This document shows positions 1-13,159 of a stretch of DNA of 64,000 nucleotides, one piece after another. Each line of letters starts with the position of its first letter. The stretch's first letter is position 1. The notes below the pieces were generated by a model. The model searched no databases. It saw nothing but the letters and a program-made list of their open reading frames with translations, and was not told the DNA's origin. The position numbers and the translations under genes were made by a program. This DNA comes from Negaprion brevirostris (Eukaryota), in assembly GCA_030324005.1 (NCBI GenBank), contig JARDVH010000150.1, forward strand, positions 36,919,389 to 36,983,388, written 5' to 3'.

Positions 1-250
1 ACCTTATCAAACACCTTCCGTGTATAAGGCATCAACTGCTCTACCTTCATCTACACATTTAGTTACCTCCTCAAACAATTTAGGAGAGCCTAGAACTAGG
101 AGATGGAATTTAAAAAATAGGTCTCAAAAATAGGATGGAGCAGAAGAATATTTTCTCTCAGAAGGTGGTCAGTCAGTGGCACTCTTTTCCCAGAAAGCGA
201 CGGAGAGAGAATTGTTGAATATCTTTATGGCTGAATGAGATGAATCCCTT
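1..250. mobile_element. Two degenerate CR1/HER1 LINE fragments (about 1-80 minus, RT region; about 80-250 plus, 3' ORF2 region)
   Basis: Minus strand 1-80 resembles the CR1 RT segment FEEVTxxVDEGxAVD...FDK. Plus strand 'ttttctctcagaaggtggtcagtcagtggcactcttttcccag' matches the CR1 FFSQRVVxxWNxLP motif. Confidence 0.6.
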
Positions 251-999
251 GTTTGAGTTCTGTGATAGCCATGTGAATATATCTAAAGAAATTTCTTACC
301 ATTAAAAAGAGATCACTTCACAGGATTGTGCACATTATGAGAATAGCCTAATTTAGAAAAGCTAGCTCTGCAAATACATTTCACATAGACACAGTTCCAT
401 TTAATCCTTCCAAACCAGTCTGTTTGAAATAACCTTGGACAGGCTTGCAACTGCCATCTTAATACTGGGAAGTGACTGGTTCCAGAATAACTCCCTTTCA
501 CAGAGAAGCTGTCAGCACTAAGGTAACACATGCCCTAAAACAAATGAACACACAACCCAAGGAAGAAAGTTGTTTAGGAATTGAAAAAGTCATCTTTGAC
601 TTCTCATTTGTTCAAGTGTCTTTTGCAGGGAAAGGAAACAACTCAAATAGGTCTCAAAAGGTGTCTTTTAAATTAATAATACATCAACTACAAAAGGGTT
701 AGACTGTGATGGTTTAAGTTCTATGATGACAAAAATATCTTTTCACTGCAGAAAAACCAGTGTTGCAGTAAGTCGATTCATCTCCACACTGTTGATTCTG
801 CTTTAAATCTCTTACTGTAGTCTTCTACTAAATCAAACAGTTGGAAGTGCTGTCCATTTTTGCTACTTAAGCTATAACTTGAAGCGTCAACATCTCAATG
901 AGCTCTGCTCTCAAAAAGAATCAATATTCACATATGAAGTGATTTTTTGGAAAATTATTGCAAACTCTGTTCCTTGAACAAGTGGCACCAATTATTATA

Positions 1000-1275
1000 A
1001 GGATAGCAAGAGTTTTTATAAATATATAAAAAGGAAGAGGCTGGCTAGTGTGAACGTTGGACCCTTAGAGGATGAGAGGGGGGACTTGGTGGTAGGGGAT
1101 GGGGAAATGGCTGAGGTCTTGAATANNNNNNNNNNNNNNNNNNNNNNNNNNNNNNNNNNNNNNNNNNNNNNNNNNNNNNNNNNNNNNNNNNNNNNNNNNN
1201 NNNNNNNNNNNNNNNNNNNNNNNNNGCTCGAGGGGCTGGATGGCCTACTCCTGCTCCTATTTCTTATGTTCTTAA
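1000..1275 (+). mobile_element. Young CR1/HER1 LINE, interior collapsed into a 100-N gap
   Basis: The left flank encodes FYKYIKRKRLASVNVGPLEDERGDLVVGDGEMAEVLN, typical of CR1 ORF2. The right flank is a CR1 3' tail 'ggcctactcctgctcctatttcttatgttctt'. Confidence 0.9.
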
Positions 1276-1509
1276 GTGACTGTCAGAGAGATTGATTTAA
1301 AAACAAAACTAGTAAATGAGGTATGGCACAACTATGGTAAACTAATGAATACTAGTTGCTTTTGAATACAAGTTAGTGCCAGTATTATATTCGGAGAAAA
1401 TATTCAGAAACCTGCTCCACAGAGCCACCAATTGATCAACAGCATCATGACAATGGACAGAACAACACTGAATGGGAAACGTTCACATACCAGGTCATTT
1501 ACAATGATA

Positions 1510-1940
1510 AAATGATAGAATGTTCGACTGCAGAAAGGGGACTATTCACTTCATTGTCCCTTTGTTGGTTATTTGGTAGAGATATCCAACTAATCTCACT
1601 GCACACACCCCATCCTCCTGTAAATTATTTCCTTTCAAGTACCTATTTAATTCCCTTTTGAACATTACTATTGAATTTTCTTCCATAGCCTTTCAAGTAG
1701 TGAGAACAATAACTTGCTGTGTAAAATAATGTTCTGTCATATCACCTCAGTTTCTTCAGTTTCTTTTGCCCATCACTTTAAATCTCTGTCCCCTGGTTAC
1801 TAATCTGTCACTGGAATTGTTTTTCCTTATTTGTTGCATCAAAACTTCTACCAGATCTTCTCTTAATCCCTTGACTTGAAGGAGAATTACCCCAGATTCT
1901 CTGCTCTCTCCACATCACTGCACTCCCTCATTCTAATNNN
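1510..1940 (-). mobile_element. Old degenerate CR1 3' fragment
   Basis: 'ctttaaatctctgtcccctggttactaat' and 'atttaattcccttttgaacattactattgaat' match the antisense CR1 3' ORF2/UTR seen again at 10450, 33965 and 57240. Confidence 0.6.
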
Positions 1941-2169
1941 NNNNNNNNNNNNNNNNNNNNNNNNNNNNNNNNNNNNNNNNGCCCATTTTATCAGGCTCAG
2001 GTTCCTTCAAATATGCCCAAAAATTAGTTACAAGAAGCAAGCTCTATGGACAGGAAGTGCAAACCTTCAACAACCTTTTTAAAAATTTTTTTTAAATGTC
2101 AGCTGTTACTTCTGATCATACCAAAATATTTCAAGTTGCTTCATAGCTGAGAAAAATTAACCCCAAGCC

Positions 2170-2960
2170 AAAGTTCATCAAATGCTTGGTCAAAATGGTT
2201 GTGTTAAGAGATAGGTGAAGGTAAAAAGAGGTTGAGAAAGAGAATTCCAGAGTTTAGGGCCTAGACAGAATACAGGAACAGGAGTAGGCCATGCATCCCA
2301 TCGAGCTTGCTTCACCATTTAATATGCTCATAGCTGACTGGACATGTCCACACCTTTCACACTCACTAACCCTGAATCATAACCCTACCAATCTCTACTT
2401 TTAACACAGTGTCTGAGCTTCCACAGCCCCCTGGGTAGAGAATCCCAAAGATTCACAACCCTCTGAGTAAAGACATTTTTCCTTTTAAGTGACATTATCC
2501 TTATTTTAAAATTATACCCCCTAGTTCTAGACTCTCCAGTCAAAGGAATCAACTTACCCACATCTACTTTGTATATTCCTGTATTTTGTAGGTTTCGATG
2601 AGATCATTTCTCATTCTTCAAAACTTCGTATAATTGAAGACAGACCCCACTACTCCTGTGCTCACATCCTCTTGTGATATAGCCTAACATTCCACTAGCC
2701 TTCCTAACAGTTTGCTGCACTGAAAGCTAATGACTTATGGACAAGGACACCCAGGACTAAAGGCATAGCTGCCAATGATAGGGTGAAAGAAATGAAGGAT
2801 ACACAAGAGGTCAGAACTGGGGCAACAGGGGCCTTGGAGGGTTGTGAGGCTGATAACAGTGATCGGGGAGACCAAAGCCACAAAGGGATTTTAACACGAG
2901 AATGGGACTTGCATTGATGGTCTTCTTTGACTGAAGCACACTGCAAAGATATGACAGGAG
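2170..2960 (-). mobile_element. L2 LINE remnant (about 2170-2265 and 2740-2960) interrupted by a CR1 3' fragment (about 2268-2630)
   Basis: L2-like 'agaattccagagtttagggcctagacag'. CR1 tail 'aggaacaggagtaggccat...gagcttgcttcaccatttaat' followed by 'cccctagttctagactctcc'. Confidence 0.6.
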
Positions 2961-4109
2961 AAAGCTCAATTTTGATAGTCAGGTGGCTTACTCCTAAATT
3001 TTAAGAAATTTTGCATCTAGTGGTGGACTATTATATTTAGCATTTTATTACATTTGGCAAAGCATTAAGACATTTGATAGATATCACTATTTGTAATCTT
3101 GTTGTTTGAGTCCAAATCTACTCAGGAGGCTGATCTTTCAGACTGCACAACCATAGAATCTCCACAGTGAAGGAGATGGCCATTTGGCCCATTGACTCTG
3201 CACCCACTGTCCGAAAGCGACTACGAGTGCGTGTGAGTGCAAGTGCAAGTGCAAGTGAAGGGGCGAGGGGGGAGAGGTAGGAAATCTTAAGTCCAAACCA
3301 TTGGTCATGTCAGCATTCACCTGTTCCCTGGCACCCAGTTTTCCTGGTTAGGCTGGCACTCAACAAAGTAAAAACTGGGCCAAGATTCTGATTTAGGCAT
3401 CTCAGAAGACCCTCACCTGCCTCCACTGACAGCTTTACTTGTTATTCAAAAGGTACCCATTACAATGGAATATTAGTAAAAAGTCAACGAGTGGCACACT
3501 GTTGCCATTTTAAAACTCCTACATGCCCTGTGCTCATTAGGGGGTTAAAATCAGGTCTTAAGTATTTTGATATGGATATCCTTAAATCGCATTTCTAACA
3601 CAGACCAACTCATACATCAACTCAAATTTAACCAATAATTTGAGAATATGATTACCAGATGCTGTTTGTGGATCTGCTGGGATTATAAATTGCTCACAGT
3701 TGGAAATCAGGTTACTAATTAGCTGGGGCACTGGATCAAAGCAAACCTTCAAAAAAAATGACCAATCATAATGCAAGTTTCATTGTAATCAATTCAATGA
3801 CAAGACAAATGAAGAGCCACACAGCCAAGTAGCTTTATAATAACAGGTGTCAAGATTAAATACATGATGTATGAGGTAGTCTAACTAATTCATAACTTTG
3901 ACAAGATCCATTGCATTATAGGTGTAAAATATGATATAGATTTCACATTGCACAATAAACAGTGGATGTCAGAAGTAATGATTCACAGTTAAATTCCAAC
4001 AAGATCGCCCAACATTCCTTCAGTTGAGGAATTCTTGGAATCCCTACAGTTACACACTGGTTTAATTTTAACTTTCAGCATAAATCTTTTCATCATTTTT
4101 GATACACAT

Positions 4110-4520
4110 CTTTCAGATGAAACATTAAATCTAAGCCACATTTCTCCTGTTCAGGTGGTCAAAAAATATTGAGCATCTCAAAAGGAATGAACTGCGAAAA
4201 GCATTGGGAAGCTTTAACATAAATGCCCTATTGATCAAGCATCAAGTTCTCTACATCTGCTATAGAACAGGTCAAACACAGTTAAGTTGTGGAAATATTT
4301 GCAGCTTTCAATCAAGGCCTTTTTTGAAATTCCTCCCAAAACATTTTCACCTGTGTCTTCCTCTCTCCTTTAAGAGGCTATTTACAATTGAACTCATTCA
4401 TTATATTTGATCATGTCTTAAAAAGACTTACATCAAGGCAAAGAAATTGATATTGTTCGATAATGATCCTGTGAAGTGTTTTAGGATATTTATTATTTAA
4501 ATTCAAGTTGTTATTGTTCC
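4110..4520 (+). mobile_element. Degenerate Deu-SINE segment followed by an L2 3' end
   Basis: 'tttcagatgaaacattaaat...tcaggtgg' resembles the Deu core. 'cctgtgaagtgttttaggatattt...aaattcaagttgttattgtt' resembles an L2 terminus. Confidence 0.45.
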
Positions 4521-5024
4521 TTCAATATTACTTAACCTCAGAAGAGCAGCTCCTTTCCCTATTCATGAAGTTTTCCATTTCCCCATCGGCCATGCCATGG
4601 TTTTTAGCTGATTGTGACAATTTTCCATTTGCCACATCCCTTTTGTGCAATGTTGATTTGAGGTACTGGGGACTGTGTTGACTAGGAGTGGAAAATATAG
4701 TAAGTCATTTCACTAAACCTTTCATTGCTGCCACATAATGGGTGCTTTTAACCTCTCTGTTTGCCATCCAGTGTTGGAAATTAATGTGGTAGCCCTTGTG
4801 TGAAGATGGAATTGAATTTAATTTAGTTAACTACTGCAGTTGGTGAGCGAAGGTCTATTATTTCCTGACATTGTCCTAGACTCCTCTAGCAAAATTATGA
4901 CATGATTGGGTGAATCACACCAATGAAACACATGGGTATAGTTACAGAGCAGCTAACTTGCACAAAGAAAGATTTCACAAGCATTAATAAATAAATGAAC
5001 AGAGTACATTTTTCAAAAATAACT

Positions 5025-5240
5025 TATGTTGGTTCAAAGATAAATATTGGCCAGGTCACTCATGAAGACTCATGTCCTTTTCCTCAAAATGGTGCCATGG
5101 GATCTTTTTGTCAACAAAGAGCTTGATTTCATGTCTCAAAACACCACAGCTCTTGACAGCGCAGCACTCCCTTAGTTCTGCACTGGAGTATCAGCCTAGA
5201 TATTGTGCTACAAAGTCTCTGGAATAGGAATTAAACCCAC
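5025..5240 (-). mobile_element. SacSINE1/Deu-SINE-like copy
   Basis: Antisense Deu core: 'ataaatattggccagg...aatggtgccatgggatctttt...gacagcgcagcactccct...gcactggagtatcagcctaga'. Confidence 0.8.
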
Positions 5241-5729
5241 CAGAAGAAGCAAGTGGATACATGACACTCAATGTTCAAAAGTGGAAAAGGGAGGAAGAAA
5301 GATTTCATTTCAGAACTTGCTTCTTTTATAACTTCATCCTATTTCCCCCCAGAAATCTAAAGCTAAATTACTAAATGAATCTACTGCTGCTGTTAATCTA
5401 CTGTACAGCAGACCTTGATAATGAACCCTTCTGTACAAACTGCAGGTAGTCCACAGCATCACAGGGTAGAGTAATGATACTTATAGCAGCAATTCTATGG
5501 AACTTAGAAACCTAACATGTGCTTCAGCAGTGGGCTGAACTGCGGACAGGGAATGATTATGCTGTACGCAGAATGGGATCTGTAGCTCGAGTTTGTGTTG
5601 TTTCAGTGGAACTAATGACAGAAATAGAAAAAGGGGATAAAGAATCCCACATTTTTCTTTTTAAAGAAAAAAAACAATTGAATCCTTCAGGGCAATGTGT
5701 AAAAGGAATTGTCAGCAATTTGCACGGAC

Positions 5730-5925
5730 AAAAACAACCCAAGGCACTTCAGAGATGGAACTGGACAAAAAATGGCCATCAAGCCAAAGGAGAAGATGGA
5801 AAGGGGTGACCGAATCCTTGAGAAGAGAAGCATATTTTCAGAATATAAAAAAGAGATGTGATCAGGATTAAAGAGCAAATTCAGAACATTGGATCTCAAT
5901 AATTGAAGGCACAGCCATCACTGCA
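5730..5925 (-). mobile_element. Degenerate L2 3' fragment
   Basis: 'cccaaggcacttcag...ggggtgaccgaatccttg...ttgaaggcacagcc' aligns by eye with the L2 remnants at 53040 and 56910. Confidence 0.5.
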
Positions 5926-7684
5926 GGAATTCCCCCTAACCCCATTTATTTTGATCAAAAATAATTGAACTAACATATCTCCAGTATGGTATGTCTGATG
6001 CACAACATCCACGAGATTAAGTGGTCTCCATGTTCGGATGGCCAATCTCTGGCCAGCACTTGCTTGGTTGCTGAAATTAGTTGAATCCTGAATAACTGGA
6101 TATTTCCCAATTAAAATAAAATCCAGAATCACCAAATGTACCTACTGGTTCAAGAATAATTCCCAGTAACTAGAAGAAAGAAAAAAATCATGTTTTTCAT
6201 CTACAATTAATTCCTTTGAAAGTTAAAGACCAAATGCCAACACAATAGCCATTTTGCATAAATAAAACATTTATCTGTTTTGTCTACTGTCGTCAAGACA
6301 GGAATTTTGAAGGATTCACTGACCCTCCTCAATCATTGCCTTGGGATCGTTAACAGCTATGTGGATCATCAGGGCAGGCAGTACTGACCTCTATTTAATG
6401 TCACGTTGAACGATAAAGAGAATGTCTGCAGGTATATTTTACATCAAGTCTTGAATTAGTATTTGAGTCATTTCTGCTCCCCCAGCCCACATGTGCACAG
6501 ACAGGTAGAGGCAAGACTATGACTGAGCCAAGCTGAAGCTCAAAATTAGTTTAATAAATCAAGTTTTGAGGTTTTTTTGCCTTTACATTTACCTCAGGAA
6601 TTTTCTCACCAAACTTCGATTATACTTTAAAGATCCTACACCATGTATCCTGCAATGGATAATCTAAAGAGTAAAGTTTTAAGATTGCTTACAGGTAGTG
6701 TTGCATAATCAGAAATACTTAGGTGTAGAACTTACCAAAAAAATGTCATATCTATCTATATGCTCAATAAACACAGCAATGATGTGATTGTCAGTTGGAG
6801 GAGTTACATAACTGAGCATATGGTTTATGTGCTTCAGATTTAGATAAGAACATAGAGGAAGGTTCTGCATTGGCCTATCAACATCAGAACNNNNNNNNNN
6901 NNNNNNNNNNNNNNNNNNNNNNNNNNNNNNNNNNNNNNNNNNNNNNNNNNNNNNNNNNNNNNNNNNNNNNNNNNNNNNNNNNNNNNNNNNNNNNNNNNNN
7001 NNNNNNNNNNNNNNNNNNNNNNNNNNNNNNNNNNNNNNNNNNNNNNNNNNNNNNNNNNNNNNNNNNNNNNNNNNNNNNNNNNNNNNNNNNNNNNNNNNNN
7101 NNNNNNNNNNNNNNNNNNNNNNNNNCCAAAAGAGTGAGAGCATGTTCCGTTTTTATTGGATCTCAAAAGAATAAGAAATCCATTTCTTTCAGGTTGCAGT
7201 TATGCATGTGCCACTGAGATTTTCTTAAGCGCAATAAAACCAGGAATTTTTGGAAGCTTTCAGCAGATCTTTGACAAGGTAAAAGATGAAGATTATATTT
7301 TGTGTGTATATCAAAGTTCTAGTCCAGTGCCTGAAACAGCAACTTCTCTTGTGTTTTCAGAGACTGACTGTATACAAAACATTTCTGGTTTCACTTCAGA
7401 ATTCTCACATCTAAAGGTTTTTTTTCCCACTTTAAAATTTTCTTACTGTTATTCTTCATAGGGAAATGTCTATCTTGGCTGAACAGGGATGAAAATCCAT
7501 GAATTTTGCCACCTTGCCTGCCCCAGTAACAAGGTGGACGACGCTGTGAGCAAGCTCGTAAAATCCCACCCCATATCTTCACATTTGCAGGAAGAATAGA
7601 AGAACAGAACACTATTTAAATGGTGAGAGCTTGCATGACTCGGTGATGTACAGGAATCTGGGTGCCTTGGTAACTCAATCACAA

Positions 7685-8290
7685 ATAGTATCCAGGTACA
7701 GCAAGTGATTAGAAAGATAAATGATGTTTACTGCAAGGAGAATAGAATATGAAAGTAGGAAAGCTTTATTGCAGCTGTACAGGGTCTTACTGAAACCACA
7801 TCTGGTGTACTAGGTGCAGTTTGCATTAGAAGCAGTTCAAGGAAGGATCACTCAACTCATTCCTGGGATGAAGGGCTTACCCTGTGAGGAAAGATTGACC
7901 AGGTTTCGTCCCTACCCACTGAGAGGTGACTGTATTCAAACACAAGATCCTGAGGGGACCTGATAGCATGAATATTGGGATGGTGTTTCTTCTTGTGGGA
8001 GAGGCTGGAACCAGGGGACACAGTTTAAGAATGGCCTTCCTTTTAAGACAGAAGTAAGGAGAATTTTTTTTCTCTGAGGGTTGTTACTATGTGCAATTTT
8101 CTTCCCCAGAAAGGAGTGGAAGCTGGGTCTTTGAATTTATTCAAGGTTGAGCTAGATAGAGCTTTGATAGGCAAGGAAGTCAATGGTTATGGGAACAGAC
8201 AAGAAAGTGGAGTTTGAGGTCACAATCAGATCAGCCATGATCTTACTGAATGGTCCAAAAGGGTCAAACAGCCTATTCCTGTTCCCACAT
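7685..8290 (+). mobile_element. CR1/HER1 LINE 3' fragment
   Basis: Encodes QVQQVIRKxN, then EYESRKALLQLYRVLLKPHL. Ends in 'atcagatcagccatgatcttactgaatgg...gcctattcctgttcc'. Confidence 0.9.
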
Positions 8291-9279
8291 CACAATAAAG
8301 CCCTCCCGCCACCTTGTTAACTCTCAAACAGCTGTGACTGTAAATATAAAATTTAGCTTTTGGCCTTTGTCACACCACATAATAAAATAATTTACAGCCT
8401 ATTCAGAAATGGATGGGAGTTGTTTTCTAAATGCACTGCCCTCTCATATGTTTTTACATTTATCCTGTATCTTACTGAATCCTGTTATTTACTACTCCAA
8501 TTCAAATTCCTCTTTCCATACTTTGTAGCTATCATTTATTTGTCTAGCACAGTATTATAGCTGTTGATCTTTGTTCTGCATTACCTTGGGAACGGAGTGT
8601 GGGAGTGGGGGGGTAGGGGCTTTAACATAATAAAAGCTTGCCTATTGCACATCAGAGTCTAAAGTATTTCAATCTGCTTTGTTAATGTGTACATTTTATC
8701 AAACAGAGCCCACAGCTTCTCAAGGGTTCTATTTGTGCAGAAAACATATAGGTGATTCTCATAACAGTTGCGTGGGTGAGAAAGGTGCTGCCTGGGTGGT
8801 ACTGAGTTTACCGAACCTTGTTCAAACTCTAGTGTGCAGTTGGATTAGCTGACCCCAGCTGGGATGTCAGTTAGAGAGCTGTAATTGACTTCTCCTCGAG
8901 TTTGAGGCAAAAATAGTGAGTTGGGGCTCTCGCTCCTAATCATTACTCCTGATGGATTATAGTTGCCTGTGTTCTTCCTTTGTTTTTGGGTGCTTGATTT
9001 GGTGTACATAACATCAACATCAAGCACTGCCCCAGTTAAGTAAGGTGCTACAGAATGAAACTTCTAATTCTCCAAAACAACCCGAGAAGCGCATCGTCTA
9101 CTGCCTCTAATATTTCTCGTATTAGCAACATTGTGAAAAACTGAATGTCAAATGAGAGAAAGTTTTGTACTATAGACTTGTGCCCATCAGGGACAAGATT
9201 TAAAGTTTGGACCTATGATTACCAAATCTCTCTACTATTAGGTTTCCCCTCACACCATGCCTAGTTTTGTTGTCAACTT

Positions 9280-9520
9280 TAAAAAAAAAATCAGTCTTGG
9301 GATGTGGGCATCATCAAGGCCAGTATTTATTGCCCATCCTTAGCTGTCCTTGAGGAGGTAGCGATAAGACACCTTGAATCTCTATTCTGTGAGGTGAAGG
9401 TACTCCCACTGTGCTGTTAGTTAGGGAGGATTTTGAAGCAGAAACAAGGAAGGAACAGCAATATATTTCCATGTCAAGATAGTGTGCTTCTCAATGGCCA
9501 TTTACTGTACTTGACTTCTT
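9280..9520 (-). mobile_element. 3' end of the second (Zenon-like) CR1-group LINE family
   Basis: 'tgggatgtgggcatc...ggccagtatttattgcccatccttag' is the antisense of the tail at about 60530-60600. Confidence 0.7.
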
Positions 9521-10449
9521 CCTGGTCAGTAGACATCGGGGGTTTTGATATTGATTGCATTGATTTAGTCAATAACTGCATCATTGTGGTATCATGCAAT
9601 TACCAAGACAGGAACAGGCAAATTAAACTTTTTTAAAAATTGTCCAGCAATTCCTAGGTTTTTAACAAAGCTGCTAAAGATTTGAAGCCTCGCTGTAGGC
9701 AAATAAAGCCTTTTGATCCACTAAACTCCAGTACTGGATACAAAAGGCCAGCATCTAATCCACTGCATCCATCCATTCTTTGCATCCTCCTAGTACAGAG
9801 GCACATGTGTGCACACAATACCCTGCCAATAGTCTGTCTGGGCTCACACAAAGATCAGCTATACGGAAAGAGAGGGTTGTTGACGTACTCCAGCATGGAA
9901 CAGGTCCTCTGGGGAAAATACAGAGCTTAGCAACCTTCCCAACCTCTTGGAAAACAATAAATTGAAATTACCGTAGGAGCTGTCACTGAAATCTGGGTCT
10001 TTTAAAGTGACAGCATTGCCTATTTAGATATTCAAAAGACATTCCAAACATTATTGGTAACAAGCATTCCATACTTTGGTGCGCTGAAATTTCATAAGTC
10101 CATCTCTCTGCTTCTCTCCAATCATGTTCAAGCATACCTGGTCCCAACTAGGGCAGATGAACTTGAATTTAATCCTCCTCATTCCCTTAATGCCCCAGTT
10201 TACATGGAGCTAATACAAGGTGCAATTAAAAACTCCAGAGATGGATGTTCCAGACATTGTGGCTATTTGTGCCTCATCTATGGGTTTGCTGACCAGAGTC
10301 CAAAACATTTTACTTCATCTTCATAGGATTAGAGAGTTGGGGAATATTACATGTTCAGAAAATTCCATAGTGCAAGTTACATTGTTCTAATAGATATTTC
10401 CCTATTCAAAAAATACCTGGTCCCTTTTACCCTTGCTTGATTCAAAATT

Positions 10450-10885
10450 ACTGCATTAAGACATCCAGAAGATGGACACTTAGTCCATCACCCCAGCCTG
10501 GTTTTATACAATTAGTTCTTATTTTCATATTCTTCCCCGTGGCCCTGCAATTTTTTCCAGTATATATCCAATCTATTGAGTTTCTTTTTTGAAAGTTATT
10601 GCTCAATCAGCTTCCAACACCTTTTCAAACACTACATTCCAATCAAAATGCTCTACTTATCAAAATAATCTCTTCATCTCACCTCTGCCTCTTTGGGGAC
10701 TGCCTTAAATCTCCTTACATTTCCTTTGAATGTTCTCAGTTCTAAGAACATTCCCATTTTCTCCGTGTAACTCATATAGCATTATGGCAAATCTCCACAG
10801 CATTCTTACCAAGGCCTTGACATCGTTTTTAAAGTGTGGTGCCTAATATTGGCCACAATATTCCAGCTGAGACCTAACCAGTCCA
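10450..10885 (-). mobile_element. Old CR1 fragment
   Basis: 'aaggccttgacatcgtttttaaagtgtggtgcctaatattggccacaatattccagctgagacctaacc' is the antisense of LVRSQLEYCGQYxAPHFKNDVKAL. Confidence 0.75.
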
Positions 10886-11425
10886 GTAGCAAGTAATATT
10901 CACACCACATAAATGCCATCCAATGACCATCTCCAACAAGAGAATACAACCTCCCTGTCATTCAATGACATCACTATTGCTGAGTCGCCCACTATCAACT
11001 TCTTGGGAGTTACCATTGACCAAAACCTAAACTAGACTAGCCATATAAATTTTGTGGCTATAAGAGCAAGTCAGAGGCTAGGAATACTGCGGCGGGTAAC
11101 TCACCTCCTGACTCTCTAAAGCATGTCCACCATCTACAAGACACAAGTCAGGAGTGTGACGAAATAAACCCCACTAGCTTGGATCAGTGCAGCTCCAATA
11201 ACACTCAAAAAGCTTAATACCATTCAGGCCAAAGCAGCCATTTGATTGGCACCACATCCACAAATATTCACTCCCTCCACCACTGATTTACCTTCTGCAG
11301 GATACATTGCAGGAACAGACCAAAGCTCCTTAGATAGAATCTTCCAAATTCACAACCACTACCCTTCAGAACAGCAAGGGCAGCAGAGACATAGAAACAC
11401 CATCACTTGGAAGTTGCCCTCTATG
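10885..11425 (+). mobile_element. Zenon-like CR1-group LINE ORF2 3' fragment
   Basis: 'tccaccatctacaagacacaagtcaggagtgtg...cagctccaataacactcaaaaagcttaataccattcaggccaaagcagcc' encodes STIYKTQVRSV...AAPITLKKLNTIQAKAA. Confidence 0.85.
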
Positions 11426-11736
11426 CTAGATACTCATTGTTGCCCTCATGGTAGGTTGGTGGAAAAGGTTAAGGCTCATGGGATACGAGGACAGGTGTCT
11501 AGATGGATTGAGAACTGGTTTGGTAACAGGAGACAGAGTAGCAGTAGTGGAAGGGTCTTTTTCTAGCCGGAGGTCTGTGACTAGTGGTCTGCCACAGGGG
11601 TCAGTACTGGGACCTTTGCTATTTGTAATATACATAAGTGACTTAGAAGAGGGAGTAAGTGGTGTGATCAGCAAGTTTGCAGATGACACGAAGATGGCTG
11701 GACTTGCTGATTGTGATGAGTAGCGTCAGGCAATAC
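11425..11736 (+). mobile_element. CR1/HER1 RT core fragment running into a gap
   Basis: [16 protein letters not shown]...[40 protein letters not shown], containing the RT PQG and FADD motifs. Confidence 0.95.
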
Positions 11737-12565
11737 NNNNNNNNNNNNNNNNNNNNNNNNNNNNNNNNNNNNNNNNNNNNNNNNNNNNNNNNNNNNNNNN
11801 NNNNNNNNNNNNNNNNNNNNNNNNNNNNNNNNNNNNACAGTACCAGTCATAAGGTGAATCATGAAATATCTTCAATACTCTTAGACAACATCATGATCAA
11901 GTAGGCCTCATTCGCCATAATGATCAGGAAATAACTACTTTCTTTTTAAAAATGCACACATTTAAAACAAACATCAAGGACTTATCTAACAGCTGTAACT
12001 ATTGCATGCTGACTGGTTCATGTCTCAGTTTAGTTTGTTTACAAGTTTCTTCTGGGCTTCCAACCCTGGTAGTTTACTGCTAGGCAAAAAGTCAATGCAC
12101 ATACTTGCTTAGATCTGCACATAATCCAACACTCACCAATTTGTCCTNNNNNNNNNNCCTCCAAAGCACAGGGGAGTTCTGCATTTTAACAGTCCCCCAG
12201 TAATTTCTACCCCCCCGCCCCAAGCGCTGTACACATCAAAAACAGGGCCACATTACGTGAGGCTCAGGGGGAGATTAAAACTGTTCACTCCTTGCTTTTG
12301 CAGAGTATGGTATCGTCCAGCAACCTTGTCTGCGCAAGCTTCCTGCCCCTTCGTTCCTACTTTTACTGCACCTGATGAGATGCTGCTTTTGGGACCAACT
12401 TGTTTTTGCATTGCTGGCAATTAAGGAACACAAGCTGCTGTGCTTAAAAATCACTGGAACGCTTCCTTGGCACCTGGGAATGCTTAGTTTATATCAGCCC
12501 TTTTTGGTTTCCATCAGGAGGTCGAGAGACTAAATTACAAGCAGTCGCTCAGTGTGTGCACTTAC

Positions 12566-12800
12566 CGAGATAGAACGCCGCCTTTTACACAGACAGCACT
12601 TGTTTTAAAAAAAACACACACATCAAATTTCCTGTGGCCTTCTGACATCCAGTTACGTGATTCTGCAACAGAGGCCCTGACTCCAATCCAGTGACAACTG
12701 CTTATAGAAAAGCGAAAGTGGATGTCAGCACCGACAGACTACAGGCAACTCTGACCGGCAGCTTTTCATGGATGACATGCAGTCTCTCAACTTCCGGTTT
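12566..12800 (-). promoter_or_regulatory. Candidate minus-strand promoter and first exon
   Basis: ETS ACTTCCGG at 12790-12797, IRF-E GAAAAGCGAAAGT at 12707-12719, TATAAG (minus) at 12701-12706, and donor TCG|GTAAGT at 12566/12565. The sequence is non-repeat and retains CpG. Confidence 0.35.
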
Positions 12801-13159
12801 TCTAAAAACTTGTATGAAAAATGCTGTCAGGCAACTTCATCCAGTGCAAATGTTTATTTTCTTAAAAGACATTTTGTAGTTATTTTCCTGGAACTTGAGG
12901 GGGAATAAATTGAGCTGTAGATTTTTAAATGATTATAGCTAAGAGTTCATTTCAGTAACTTGTTCATGTACCTTCATATTGGCTCCAATACGGATTCCGT
13001 TTCAAAGTGCAATTTTAATGTGGGTGTCTGCTCACCAAATCTGGATCTTGCAGAGCTTCATTTCACCAACACCACTTGCAGACTATCATACCAAGATAAT
13101 TTTTTTTTTCTTAAAACAGCACCCCAGAACAATGGAAAGATATATATCTTAATGTGTTA

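Noticed and set aside
494-512. Possible 19-nt micro-exon (cag|...AAG|gtaaca)
   Set aside because: The length is not a multiple of 3, there is no supporting context, and such signals are common by chance.
3228-3260. (GTGCAA)x3 short tandem repeat after a CR1 tail remnant
   Set aside because: A short simple repeat with no further structure.
5519-6135. Cluster of overlapping ORFs that might be an exon or viral relic
   Set aside because: The central part matches a decayed antisense L2 3' end, and the remaining peptides have no recognisable motifs.
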